Source: an uncultured virus (IMG/VR IMGVR_UViG_3300012361_000002) (lineage: Duplodnaviria; Heunggongvirae; Uroviricota; Caudoviricetes). Taken from it: a DNA stretch of 35,237 nucleotides. This document shows positions 1 through 7,201 of this stretch, in pieces. Position numbers and translations under genes: made by a program. How positions within the stretch are numbered: the first letter of the stretch is position 1; every line of letters starts with the position of its first letter. The stretch lies in IMG/VR virus record IMGVR_UViG_3300012361_000002; one strand, written 5' to 3'. The notes beneath the pieces are model-generated. The model saw only the letters and a program-made list of their open reading frames with translations, was not told where the DNA came from and ran no database searches.

Positions 1-447
1 ATCACCGCGCCAAATATCGGCGATCGTGTTGACCGTACGATTCTTGCCTTCCTTAATTGGTACCACGCAGAACTTACAGCTTAGCCGGCAGCCGCGTTGC
101 GTAAAGCCGAGTGACCCTGTGAATTTCGGATAGAGCGAATAATCTGGTTTTATCCGTTCAATATCGTCGTCGAGGATCACCGAAGCCCCAGATGGGCCGA
201 GTCCGGTACCTCCGATGATGGCTTCCGGCCACACTTCGCGAAGCTTGGCGGTACGTTCCTTTGAAAACTCGAATATCGTTGACCCGTAGATCTTTGTCGG
301 CGGACTCAAGAACATATCCTTGCGTTCCGGGATGCGTCGTGTCAACTCGATGTGGTCGCCACGCTGGTGATGCCATGCCGCCAGCTTCATGAGTGCGAGA
401 TTGGGAAGTTTCCCGTCTAGATGGACGAGTAGAACACGTTCGCTCAT
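1..447 (-). CDS. Radical SAM protein, 5' part (runs off window edge; absent from ORF track)
   Basis: Manual translation from ATG at 447 is open to base 1: MSERVLLVHLDGKLPNLALMKLAAWH...IIGGTG...PDYSLYP...GFTQRGCRLSCKFCVVPIKEG. CxxxCxxC at 67-90 in an RGC..C.FC context. Confidence 0.88.
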   Translation of the reverse strand, partial: MSERVLLVHLDGKLPNLALMKLAAWHHQRGDHIELTRRIPERKDMFLSPPTKIYGSTIFEFSKERTAKLREVWPEAIIGGTGLGPSGASVILDDDIERIKPDYSLYPKFTGSLGFTQRGCRLSCKFCVVPIKEGKNRTVNTIADIWRGD

Positions 448-512
448 CGCTTGATCCTTTTGGCATCTTCGATGTTGTCGCATGCCGCAGTGAATAAGTC
501 GATCGTCCTCAT
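444..512 (-). CDS. Possible 22-aa peptide (MRTIDLFTAACDNIEDAKRIKR)
   Basis: Short ORF whose TGA overlaps the radical SAM ATG (ATGA coupling). Confidence 0.3.
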   Translation of the reverse strand: MRTIDLFTAACDNIEDAKRIKR

Positions 513-538
513 TCCGCCGCCTGCAGGCCCGTTCTACT

Positions 539-889
539 TCAGATCCTGACGTAATGGGCTTGATGGAAATCCTTCGCCCTCTCCTCGTACAGACCGGCAT
601 CACGGTATTTCTTTTCATTGGCGCACTGCTGCGCCTTCCACATGGCCCACGCCTCCATGTTTTCCAGAGTACGGCTAGAAATGCTAACGTTGACCGGAAA
701 CGATCTGGGAAGATTACCACCGCTGATGGCGTCTCTCAGTCTTTCCAGCGCATGCGGGTCTTCTCCGTACAGCGCCACATATCCTGCATCTGGTCTCTTG
801 GTGTAAGTGACGCCGCTCAAGATACCAATAAGAGCGCCGAACTCGGCTCGATCTCTAATCTCAATATCCCAACGATCATCTGTCCTCAT
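539..889 (-). CDS. Hypothetical protein
   Basis: 116-aa ORF starting 6 nt after the helicase stop, with GGAG upstream. Confidence 0.7.
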   Translation of the reverse strand: MRTDDRWDIEIRDRAEFGALIGILSGVTYTKRPDAGYVALYGEDPHALERLRDAISGGNLPRSFPVNVSISSRTLENMEAWAMWKAQQCANEKKYRDAGLYEERAKDFHQAHYVRI

Positions 890-895
890 ATCAAT

Positions 896-2407
896 CTACT
901 CCGCTGCTTGCAGATGCCTCACGGCATTCTGCTTCGATTTCGCGAACGCAATATTGCGCGAACGAATCCACTGCGCAACCTCGAACGAGACCTCCGTCGG
1001 GACTTTCTGCATGTAGTTCGGCCATACACCGAACTTCTCACGAAACATGTGCGCCGCGCGGCCGTCCTGGCTGCCTTTCTCGCGGCAGTATTGTAGCAGC
1101 TGCGAGTAGAACAGTTGCTTTTCTGCTGGCGTATATTGCCGGCTCAGCGCCTGCCCCGTCTTCTGCATCGCGCCAGGGACGTACTCGACCAGCACGCCAT
1201 TGCGCTCGACCACGCCTGACGCCAGCGGGAGCATGTGGCCGCACTCGGTGCATGTCCGATTGAGCCGCGGGACGATCGCCTGGCACTCGGTGCACGCCCG
1301 CGGCAGCGGCTTCTTGCGCTTGGCGTCCTTCGCCTTGCCGTTCGGTTTGCCGTCGTCCAACCGATCATAATGAATATCGGTTACCAAACCGAGTTCCATC
1401 GTTGAGTTACTGTGATCCAGAATTATTGCGCAATCCTTGTTCGTCGCTGTGCGAAGACATCTGCCAATAATTTGGGTATATAGGATGGGACTCTTCGTCG
1501 GCCGCCCAAGAACCAAACACCTCACGTCCCAATCTACCCCACAAGTGAGAGTCCCGATATTTACAACCACGTCGATCTGGCCGTTGTGGAACCCGCGCTT
1601 GATCTCCTGGCGTTCCGCCGACGGCGTCTCGCCATCTTGGTACGCCGACGACACGCCCGCTTCCTGGAACCGGTAGTGGACCGTCTCGGCGTGCTTCCTA
1701 TCGACGCAGAACACGAGTGTGTTCGGCTTCCCCCACATGCGCTTCCATGTGTCGATGATGTCCGCCGTCAGCGTCCCGCCGCACATGGCGTCCGAGAGTT
1801 GATCCTTGACGTACTCGCCGGCGACGACCTTCACCTCGGACAAGTCCGGCTGCCCGGTGCAAAATACCTTGAACTTCGACAGGAGACCCTTGTCGATGAG
1901 TTCCTGCGTCGTCGCGATGATAAGCAAGGACTGGAAATACTTCCCTAGCCCCTTGGACCACGGCGTCGCCGACAGACCAATGAACGGGACGTTCTGCCAC
2001 GCAGCATCTGCCAGCCATTGCTTGTGGAAGTCGTGCAGCGAGTGCACCTCGTCGAAGATCACCGTCTTCGCCTCGGGATACGCGCTGCGGCTTTTCAGAG
2101 TTTGTATGCTGCAAATTTGGACGGGTTTTGCCCAATCAGTCATCGAGTGGTTCGCCTGGATCACCCCGATGTCCCTGATCCCCTCGGCGTAGAACGCCTC
2201 CACCGTCTGATCGATGAGACCGATCGCGTTCACTACGAACGCCAGCCTGTTACCCTTGCGAATCGCCCCATCCACGATCGCCGCCGCCATCCGCGTCTTG
2301 CCTGCCCCCGTCGGTGCCTGCATCACGACCCGCCTCACACCCTGCTGGATCGTCGCGCGCAGGTCGTCCAAACCTTGCTGCTGGTGTTCCCAAAGCGATT
2401 TGTTCAT
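896..2407 (-). CDS. SF2 DExH helicase with C-terminal Zn finger (RadD/YejH-like)
   Basis: Walker A APTGAGKT, DEVH, motif III LSATP, motif VI QIIGRCLR, and CTEC...CTEC. Confidence 0.93.
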   Translation of the reverse strand: MNKSLWEHQQQGLDDLRATIQQGVRRVVMQAPTGAGKTRMAAAIVDGAIRKGNRLAFVVNAIGLIDQTVEAFYAEGIRDIGVIQANHSMTDWAKPVQICSIQTLKSRSAYPEAKTVIFDEVHSLHDFHKQWLADAAWQNVPFIGLSATPWSKGLGKYFQSLLIIATTQELIDKGLLSKFKVFCTGQPDLSEVKVVAGEYVKDQLSDAMCGGTLTADIIDTWKRMWGKPNTLVFCVDRKHAETVHYRFQEAGVSSAYQDGETPSAERQEIKRGFHNGQIDVVVNIGTLTCGVDWDVRCLVLGRPTKSPILYTQIIGRCLRTATNKDCAIILDHSNSTMELGLVTDIHYDRLDDGKPNGKAKDAKRKKPLPRACTECQAIVPRLNRTCTECGHMLPLASGVVERNGVLVEYVPGAMQKTGQALSRQYTPAEKQLFYSQLLQYCREKGSQDGRAAHMFREKFGVWPNYMQKVPTEVSFEVAQWIRSRNIAFAKSKQNAVRHLQAAE

Positions 2408-2416
2408 GTTGCGCCC

Positions 2417-2632
2417 TCACCGATTTGCAACCGTTGGTCCAAAACCGGTGTCGCGCGCGTGTCGCGCGTATACGTTCCCCCCTAGTTTGTTTAAGAAAGA
2501 TTGCTCTCCAGTACAAAGTTTTCCTTCTCTTCCTGCCTTCCTCTCTTGTTTCCCTTCTTGGAGAGGCAAAACAACAAATGAAGGAAGCAAGATGGGGTTA
2601 CCTGCGCGCGCGAGGGCAAATGTCTGGAACAT
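2417..2632 (-). CDS. Hypothetical small protein or replication-region remnant
   Basis: GAGGAG 8 nt before ATG at 2632; purine-skewed tract and CGCGCG runs. Confidence 0.35.
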   Translation of the reverse strand: MFQTFALARAGNPILLPSFVVLPLQEGKQERKAGREGKLCTGEQSFLNKLGGNVYARHARDTGFGPTVANR

Positions 2633-2733
2633 GGGCACGTCTCCTCGTTCCCAGGGAACTTGTCCCGGGTGGTTGTGGTGGTATCAATGTGGTTCACACC
2701 TCGCCGTGGCCTTTGGCGAGGTTCGACGTTACT

Positions 2734-3084
2734 TCAGGCAGCGAGCTTCTTTTGGGATTTAGACTTAGCGAAGTGCTCAGCCAGTTTTGCCAGAGCTTGA
2801 TCCTGATCAGACTTCGTTACCTTGCCGCACGGCTCTCCGGACAGGTCGACGCGATCGACGTCTTCGACAAGGCAGCGTCGGTATCTGATTGTCTTGGTAT
2901 ATCGGTAGAGGGTACGGTTGATCTTCTCTTTGCTGAGGAGCGGTAATTGTTCTTTGAGATCGACGTGGATGCCGATCTTGAGGGGTTTTGGATTAGCCTT
3001 CCAAGCAAAAAATGCCTTTGGAAATACGGCTATCAATACCGGAAGCATCTCTCCGGGGATGTTTCGTTTGGGACTAGGCGACAT
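2734..3084 (-). CDS. ProQ/FinO-domain RNA chaperone
   Basis: FPKAF...PKPLKIGIHVDL...LYRYTKTIRY...RVDLSGEPCGKVT matches the ProQ/FinO signature (PLKIGI, Y, RxDLxG). Confidence 0.92.
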   Translation of the reverse strand: MSPSPKRNIPGEMLPVLIAVFPKAFFAWKANPKPLKIGIHVDLKEQLPLLSKEKINRTLYRYTKTIRYRRCLVEDVDRVDLSGEPCGKVTKSDQDQALAKLAEHFAKSKSQKKLAA

Positions 3085-3089
3085 GGAAA

Positions 3090-3111
3090 CCCCTCATTCT
3101 TGGTCGAGGGG
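3090..3111 (-). promoter_or_regulatory. Hairpin sequestering the ProQ/FinO Shine-Dalgarno
   Basis: mRNA reads CCCCTC-GACCAAGAAT-GAGGGG-TTTCC-ATG; the SD is paired in a 6-bp stem. Confidence 0.6.
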
Positions 3112-3112
3112 A

Positions 3113-3141
3113 TTGACGAGACGAGATATTTTACATATTTC
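3113..3141 (+). promoter_or_regulatory. Sigma70-type promoter of the antisense sRNA
   Basis: TTGACG-17 nt-TATTTC immediately before a two-hairpin, U-tract unit. Confidence 0.55.
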
Positions 3142-3146
3142 ATCTC

Positions 3147-3225
3147 TTGGATGCGTAGCCGACCAAAGCACTTCGCATCCGAACCCGGCGGTTGAGGCTA
3201 CGGCCTCCTGCCGGGGTTTCTTTTT
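3147..3225 (+). ncRNA. ~80-nt two-stem-loop sRNA antisense to the proQ-operon leader
   Basis: Stem TTGGATGCG/CGCATCCGA with a loop containing CGACCAA, then a C(UACG)G-capped hairpin and TTTCTTTTT. Confidence 0.65.
3182..3225 (+). terminator. Intrinsic terminator
   Basis: CCCGGCGG-TT-GAGGC-TACG-GCCTC-CTGCCGGG followed by a T run. Confidence 0.75.
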
Positions 3226-3495
3226 GTAATCCCGCCGTCATGTGTTCGTCAACCAGCATTGTGCTGTTGATAACTATGTGAATACGCAACGTCTCGTATA
3301 GTGTGCCAGCGCTAACGCTAGGGATTGATTCCGCGGGTCGACATCCTTGTCCGGCAATGAGTACACTCCGCTTTTGCGGAAGCGCGACAAGGAACCGGAG
3401 GATGTCTTTCTGGGAACTATCGAGCCCCGCGGTGCCCGACAGGGAATACACCTTGCCGCACCGATGGGAGCATAGCGCCATGGTATCGCGTTGAG

Positions 3496-3536
3496 GTCAA
3501 CACCGGTTGACGCCACGAATCATCTGGGCATAAGGT
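3496..3536. promoter_or_regulatory. Back-to-back -35 elements (palindrome) with a rightward promoter
   Basis: GTCAAC-ACCG-GTTGAC palindrome; TTGACG(3507)-18 nt-TAAGGT on the + strand. Confidence 0.5.
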
Positions 3537-3541
3537 CACTT

Positions 3542-3678
3542 GCTCCGCGGCAGCTACAACAGCCTTTGACGATTTGGGAGTCGGAGGAAGCTATGTGCTG
3601 GAGACGGTCATTCCCAAAGGCCAACCCTCCAGATTACCTTCCCACGCTGGGCTGGCGACCAAGGGCTAGCTGCGGAGC
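3542..3678 (+). ncRNA. ~140-nt structured RNA with closed ends and complementary loops
   Basis: Stems GCTCCGC/GCGGAGC, AGCTA/TAGCT, GCCTTT/AAGGGC, GGAAG/CTTCC and CTGGAG/CTCCAG; loops TTTGGGA and TCCCAAA are complementary. Confidence 0.6.
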
Positions 3679-3693
3679 GCTTCTCCACCACTG

Positions 3694-3723
3694 TTGACGC
3701 CGCGTCCCGCGCGGGATTAGCGT
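3694..3723 (+). promoter_or_regulatory. Putative sigma70 promoter
   Basis: TTGACG-18 nt-TAGCGT upstream of the hairpin/tRNA-like cluster. Confidence 0.4.
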
Positions 3724-3869
3724 TCCACATGGTTCGTGGTGCGCCTTGCTGAGTCACCATCTGCGGTGCCAGGGTCGGGTCCATCGCCCCCCTATCCCTC
3801 CGGCCCTGGCGTCGTCAGCTATTAATTCTGCCGTGTGCTTGGACGTGGAAATCTAGTACTCGGCAGATC

Positions 3870-3917
3870 GACGGCGGCAGGCTGGGTAGGTCGCAAGACT
3901 TGCAGCCTGCCGCCGTT
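3870..3917 (+). other. Long GC-rich hairpin with GCAA tetraloop
   Basis: ACGGCGGCAGGCTG/CAGCCTGCCGCCGT perfect 14-bp stem capped by GTC-GCAA-GAC. Confidence 0.6.
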
Positions 3918-3923
3918 AGCTAC

Positions 3924-4018
3924 GATCCCGTGGCGGAACGGTAGACGCGGCAGGATAGGTCTGCCGGCATCGGAACCACTCTCACGATGCCGTGGAGGTT
4001 CGAATCCTCCCGGGACCT
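3924..4018 (+). tRNA. Degenerate tRNA-Leu(TAG)-like RNA (pseudo-tRNA)
   Basis: Acceptor GATCCCG/CGGGACC, Leu-type D arm TGGCGGAACGGTAGACGC, T arm GGAGG-TTCGAAT-CCTCC and long variable arm. The anticodon loop is shortened and no CCA is encoded. Confidence 0.65.
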
Positions 4019-4045
4019 CTTAACAATGCAGGAGACATCAACAAC

Positions 4046-4705
4046 ATGGCAAAAGCGGCAACGAAGAAGAACAAATCCGGCAAGGTCGACGGCCGGTCGA
4101 AGGCGGCGCGAGCCGCGAAGGCAAAGACTGGCAGTGGCGGCAACGGCCGCGATCTGCATCTGTCAGATAACGGCGGGAATCAGGAGGCGATCCAGGCCAG
4201 CTTCCTGCAGCACCGCAACCTATGGAACAACGCCATCGCCAAGCTGAAGGTGGCCGAGAAGGCGCTGAAGGAGGTTGTAGCCGACGCCAAGGCCGAAGGA
4301 TTCTTGAAGCTACACTTCCAGATCGCCGACGCGCTGACGGCTGGTCCCAAGAAGGAGGCCAAGGTCGTCGGCGAGGTGAAGAACCGTCTTCAGGTGGCCC
4401 GCTGGATCGGCCACGCGATGGGCAAGCGGATCGACCTCAACCAGCTCGACCTGTTCGCTCCGGACAAGCCGGCCGGCGACCCGGTCCAGGCTGCCTACGA
4501 GGACGGCGAGAGGGCCGGCCTGGGAGGCGTTACGGCGAACGTGCCTGGACAGTATTCAGCCAACGAACTCTCACAGGCGTGGCTCTCAGGCCACCACAAG
4601 GGGCAGTCCACGCTCCATAAGGGCATCAAGCCGCTGGAGGAGAAGACGGACAGCGTCGTCGGGCCTGCCGCCGGCTGGGGTGCGTCGAAGGCGACAACGG
4701 CATGA
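4046..4705 (+). CDS. Basic protein with GapR/DUF2312-like middle and Rmf-like C-terminal segment
   Basis: AGGAG upstream; Lys-rich N-terminus; LKEVVADAKAEGF; AYEDGERAG...QAWLSGHHKG. Confidence 0.6.
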   Translation: MAKAATKKNKSGKVDGRSKAARAAKAKTGSGGNGRDLHLSDNGGNQEAIQASFLQHRNLWNNAIAKLKVAEKALKEVVADAKAEGFLKLHFQIADALTAGPKKEAKVVGEVKNRLQVARWIGHAMGKRIDLNQLDLFAPDKPAGDPVQAAYEDGERAGLGGVTANVPGQYSANELSQAWLSGHHKGQSTLHKGIKPLEEKTDSVVGPAAGWGASKATTA

Positions 4706-4890
4706 CCACACTCCAAGAAGCTGAAGCCAAGCTGAAGGCTGCGCGCGCGGCTCTCCCGCAATGGGATGATCTTCCGACGGCCCCAGCTGTCATGGAGCGT
4801 CTCATAGACGCAAAGATCGACGTGGCACTGGCCCCGATCATCAAACGGCTGGAAGAATTATCCGGCGACGTATGGAAGCGCGGAACATGA
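4702..4890 (+). CDS. Hypothetical protein
   Basis: 62 aa, ATGA-coupled at both ends. Confidence 0.75.
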   Translation: MTTLQEAEAKLKAARAALPQWDDLPTAPAVMERLIDAKIDVALAPIIKRLEELSGDVWKRGT

Positions 4891-5426
4891 GCCCGCTCGT
4901 CGTCGGCCTCGACATAGCGACGGACTGCGGCGTCGCCTATGGGCATCCCAGCGACTACCCAAAATGCCAGAGCTGGGACCTGCGCAAGGGCGGCAAGGGT
5001 CGTCCGCGCCGGCTGGCGGCGTTGTGGGACTACCTGCACGACTTCTGCAACGTCCATAGCCCCGACATGCTCTTCTACGAGGCCGGGATGGGCCTTCAGA
5101 CGGCGCTGGGCATAGGCACCAGCGAGGAGACATTCGCCTTCCTGCGGGGCGCTATCGGCGTCGTGGAGGCATGCGCCATCAAAGCCAGAATACCCTACAT
5201 CAAGTCGATCGGCGTGCAGGATGCCAGGAAGCACCTGCTGGGCGCCGGGAGGCTTCCGAAGGGCGAGGGCAAGAAGCTGGTGTTCGACCGCTGCCGCGCC
5301 CTGCGCTGGCCAGTGACGAACGAGGACGAGTCGGACGCCGCGGCAATCTGGTCGCTCGGCTGCGGGGAGGCCAACCCGCTGTCCAGCGCGATGGTAACGC
5401 CGCTGTTCTCGGGAGCGCCGCAGTGA
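4887..5426 (+). CDS. RuvC-like Holliday junction resolvase
   Basis: VVGLDIATDCGVA, FYE and NEDESDAAAI acidic motifs of the RNase H fold. Confidence 0.82.
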   Translation: MSPLVVGLDIATDCGVAYGHPSDYPKCQSWDLRKGGKGRPRRLAALWDYLHDFCNVHSPDMLFYEAGMGLQTALGIGTSEETFAFLRGAIGVVEACAIKARIPYIKSIGVQDARKHLLGAGRLPKGEGKKLVFDRCRALRWPVTNEDESDAAAIWSLGCGEANPLSSAMVTPLFSGAPQ

Positions 5427-5590
5427 GGTACGTGGTTTTGCTGCCTGATGGCCAGCCGTTGATCGGCACCAAAAGCGACACGTCTCAATCCGCCATGGCC
5501 AAGGCCATGATGATGGATATTCCGCACGGCTGCCGAGTGGTCGAGATCACGGACGAAGATCATTTCATGGTGTTGACCGCGCAACGCTAG
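5423..5590 (+). CDS. Hypothetical protein
   Basis: GTGA overlap with the resolvase stop; 55 aa. Confidence 0.55.
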   Translation: MRYVVLLPDGQPLIGTKSDTSQSAMAKAMMMDIPHGCRVVEITDEDHFMVLTAQR

Positions 5591-5608
5591 CCGTGTCTCT
5601 ATGGTCGC

Positions 5609-5785
5609 ATGAGCGACCATCCCTCAAATCACGTGAAATACTTTCGTTACGTACCCCATCGTCTCATCCTTGACTATGAGCATGACGGCTGGATCGTGAT
5701 CGACGATATGGGCGGCCGGCATGGCGAGTGGTCAGTGCTGATGTGGTGGCCGTTCCGGTGCAGTTTCGGGGGATTATCAACATGA
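5609..5785 (+). CDS. Hypothetical protein (not in ORF track)
   Basis: MSDHPSNHVKYFRYVPHR...HGEWSVLMWWP, 58 aa; stop overlaps the helicase ATG. Confidence 0.6.
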   Translation: MSDHPSNHVKYFRYVPHRLILDYEHDGWIVIDDMGGRHGEWSVLMWWPFRCSFGGLST

Positions 5786-7173
5786 GCTACCAAGATTTTC
5801 TTGAGAGAAAATCGCAGCTTGGCTCAATGCACGGCTTCGATCCGTTGTGGATGCCGAGCGCCGCTTTCGATTTCCAGCGATCCTTGATCGAGTGGTCCTT
5901 GCGCAAGGGGCGCGCGGCGATCTTCGCCGACTGCGGTTTGGGTAAGACGCTGATCCAACTCGCGTGGGCAGAGAACGTGGTTCGAAAGATGAACAGACCG
6001 GTGCTGATCCTGACGCCGCTGGCGGTATCGCACCAAACGGTGGCGGAGGCTAGCAAGTTCGGCATCGAGGCCAAACGATCCCATATCGGTACCCCCAGCG
6101 GCATCGTCGTCGCCAATTACGAGAAGCTTCACCACTTTGATCCAAACGACTTCAGTGGATGCGTATGTGACGAAAGTTCCATACTCAAGTCCTTCGACGG
6201 CGTGAGGCGCAAGGAGATCACGGAGTTTATGCGCAAACTGCCGTATCGTCTGCTTTGCACGGCGACGGCGGCGCCCAACGATTACGTGGAGTTGGGAACG
6301 TCGAGCGAGGCGCTCGGTGAGCTTGGGTACACCGACATGCTGACGAAGTTCTTCAAGAACGACCAACATACGATCAAGCCGATGCGCGGAGGATACTGGG
6401 ACAAAGGGAAAGATCATGCGGCTTTGGCTGAAGCCGCCAAATGGCGATTCAAGGGTCATGCCGAAGTGCCGTTCTGGCGCTGGGTGTGTTCGTGGGCTAG
6501 GGCGGTACGTCACCCTTCAGACCTCGGCTTCAGCAATGACGGTTTCATCCTGCCGCCGCTGATCGAGCGGGATCATATGATCGACGTGGACAAGCCGGCC
6601 GACGGGATGCTGTTCTCGCTACCTGCGGTAGGTCTCAAGGAGCAGCGCAGCGAGCGGCGCAGGACCATCGACGAGCGGTGCGCGAAGGCGTCGGAGTTGG
6701 TCAACGGACACCAGCCGGCGCTCGTGTGGTGCCACCTGAACGACGAGGGTGACTTGCTCTCGAAGATCATCCCGGGCGCGGTCCAGGTGAGCGGCGATGA
6801 CGCCGACGATGCCAAGGAGGAGAAGTTCATCGCGTTCGTCGCCGGACATATCCGCGTCTTGGTGACGAAACCCAAGATCGGAGCATGGGGATTGAACTTC
6901 CAGCACTGCAATCACGTCACGTTCTTCCCGTCGCATTCTTTCGAGCAGTATTACCAGGGAGTACGAAGGTGCTGGCGGTTCGGGCAACAGAGGTCCGTCA
7001 CCGTGGACATCGTGACGACAGAGGGCGAGAAGGCCGTGCTCGCCAACCTGCAACGCAAGGCGAAGGCCGCGGACAAGATGTTCTCCGACCTGGTGCTCCA
7101 CATGAACGATGCTCACACGATCGCGAGGGCGTCGGTGTTTTGCAAACAGGAAACAATCCCAAAATGGTTGTGA
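5782..7173 (+). CDS. SNF2-related helicase/ATPase (methyltransferase-associated)
   Basis: ADCGLGKT, CDESSILK, TATAAPND, GLNFQ and QGVRRCWRFGQ motifs. Confidence 0.9.
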   Translation: MSYQDFLERKSQLGSMHGFDPLWMPSAAFDFQRSLIEWSLRKGRAAIFADCGLGKTLIQLAWAENVVRKMNRPVLILTPLAVSHQTVAEASKFGIEAKRSHIGTPSGIVVANYEKLHHFDPNDFSGCVCDESSILKSFDGVRRKEITEFMRKLPYRLLCTATAAPNDYVELGTSSEALGELGYTDMLTKFFKNDQHTIKPMRGGYWDKGKDHAALAEAAKWRFKGHAEVPFWRWVCSWARAVRHPSDLGFSNDGFILPPLIERDHMIDVDKPADGMLFSLPAVGLKEQRSERRRTIDERCAKASELVNGHQPALVWCHLNDEGDLLSKIIPGAVQVSGDDADDAKEEKFIAFVAGHIRVLVTKPKIGAWGLNFQHCNHVTFFPSHSFEQYYQGVRRCWRFGQQRSVTVDIVTTEGEKAVLANLQRKAKAADKMFSDLVLHMNDAHTIARASVFCKQETIPKWL

Positions 7174-7201
7174 CTGAGGAAACGGTGGCGTATAACGTCG
7201 C

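Noticed and set aside
158..466. 102-aa ORF from the track
   Set aside because: Out-of-frame shadow of the radical SAM gene.
3140..3481. 113-aa ORF as a protein or RepY-like leader peptide
   Set aside because: No RBS or recognisable motif; it runs through strong hairpins and stops 55 nt before the proQ start. Not fully excluded.
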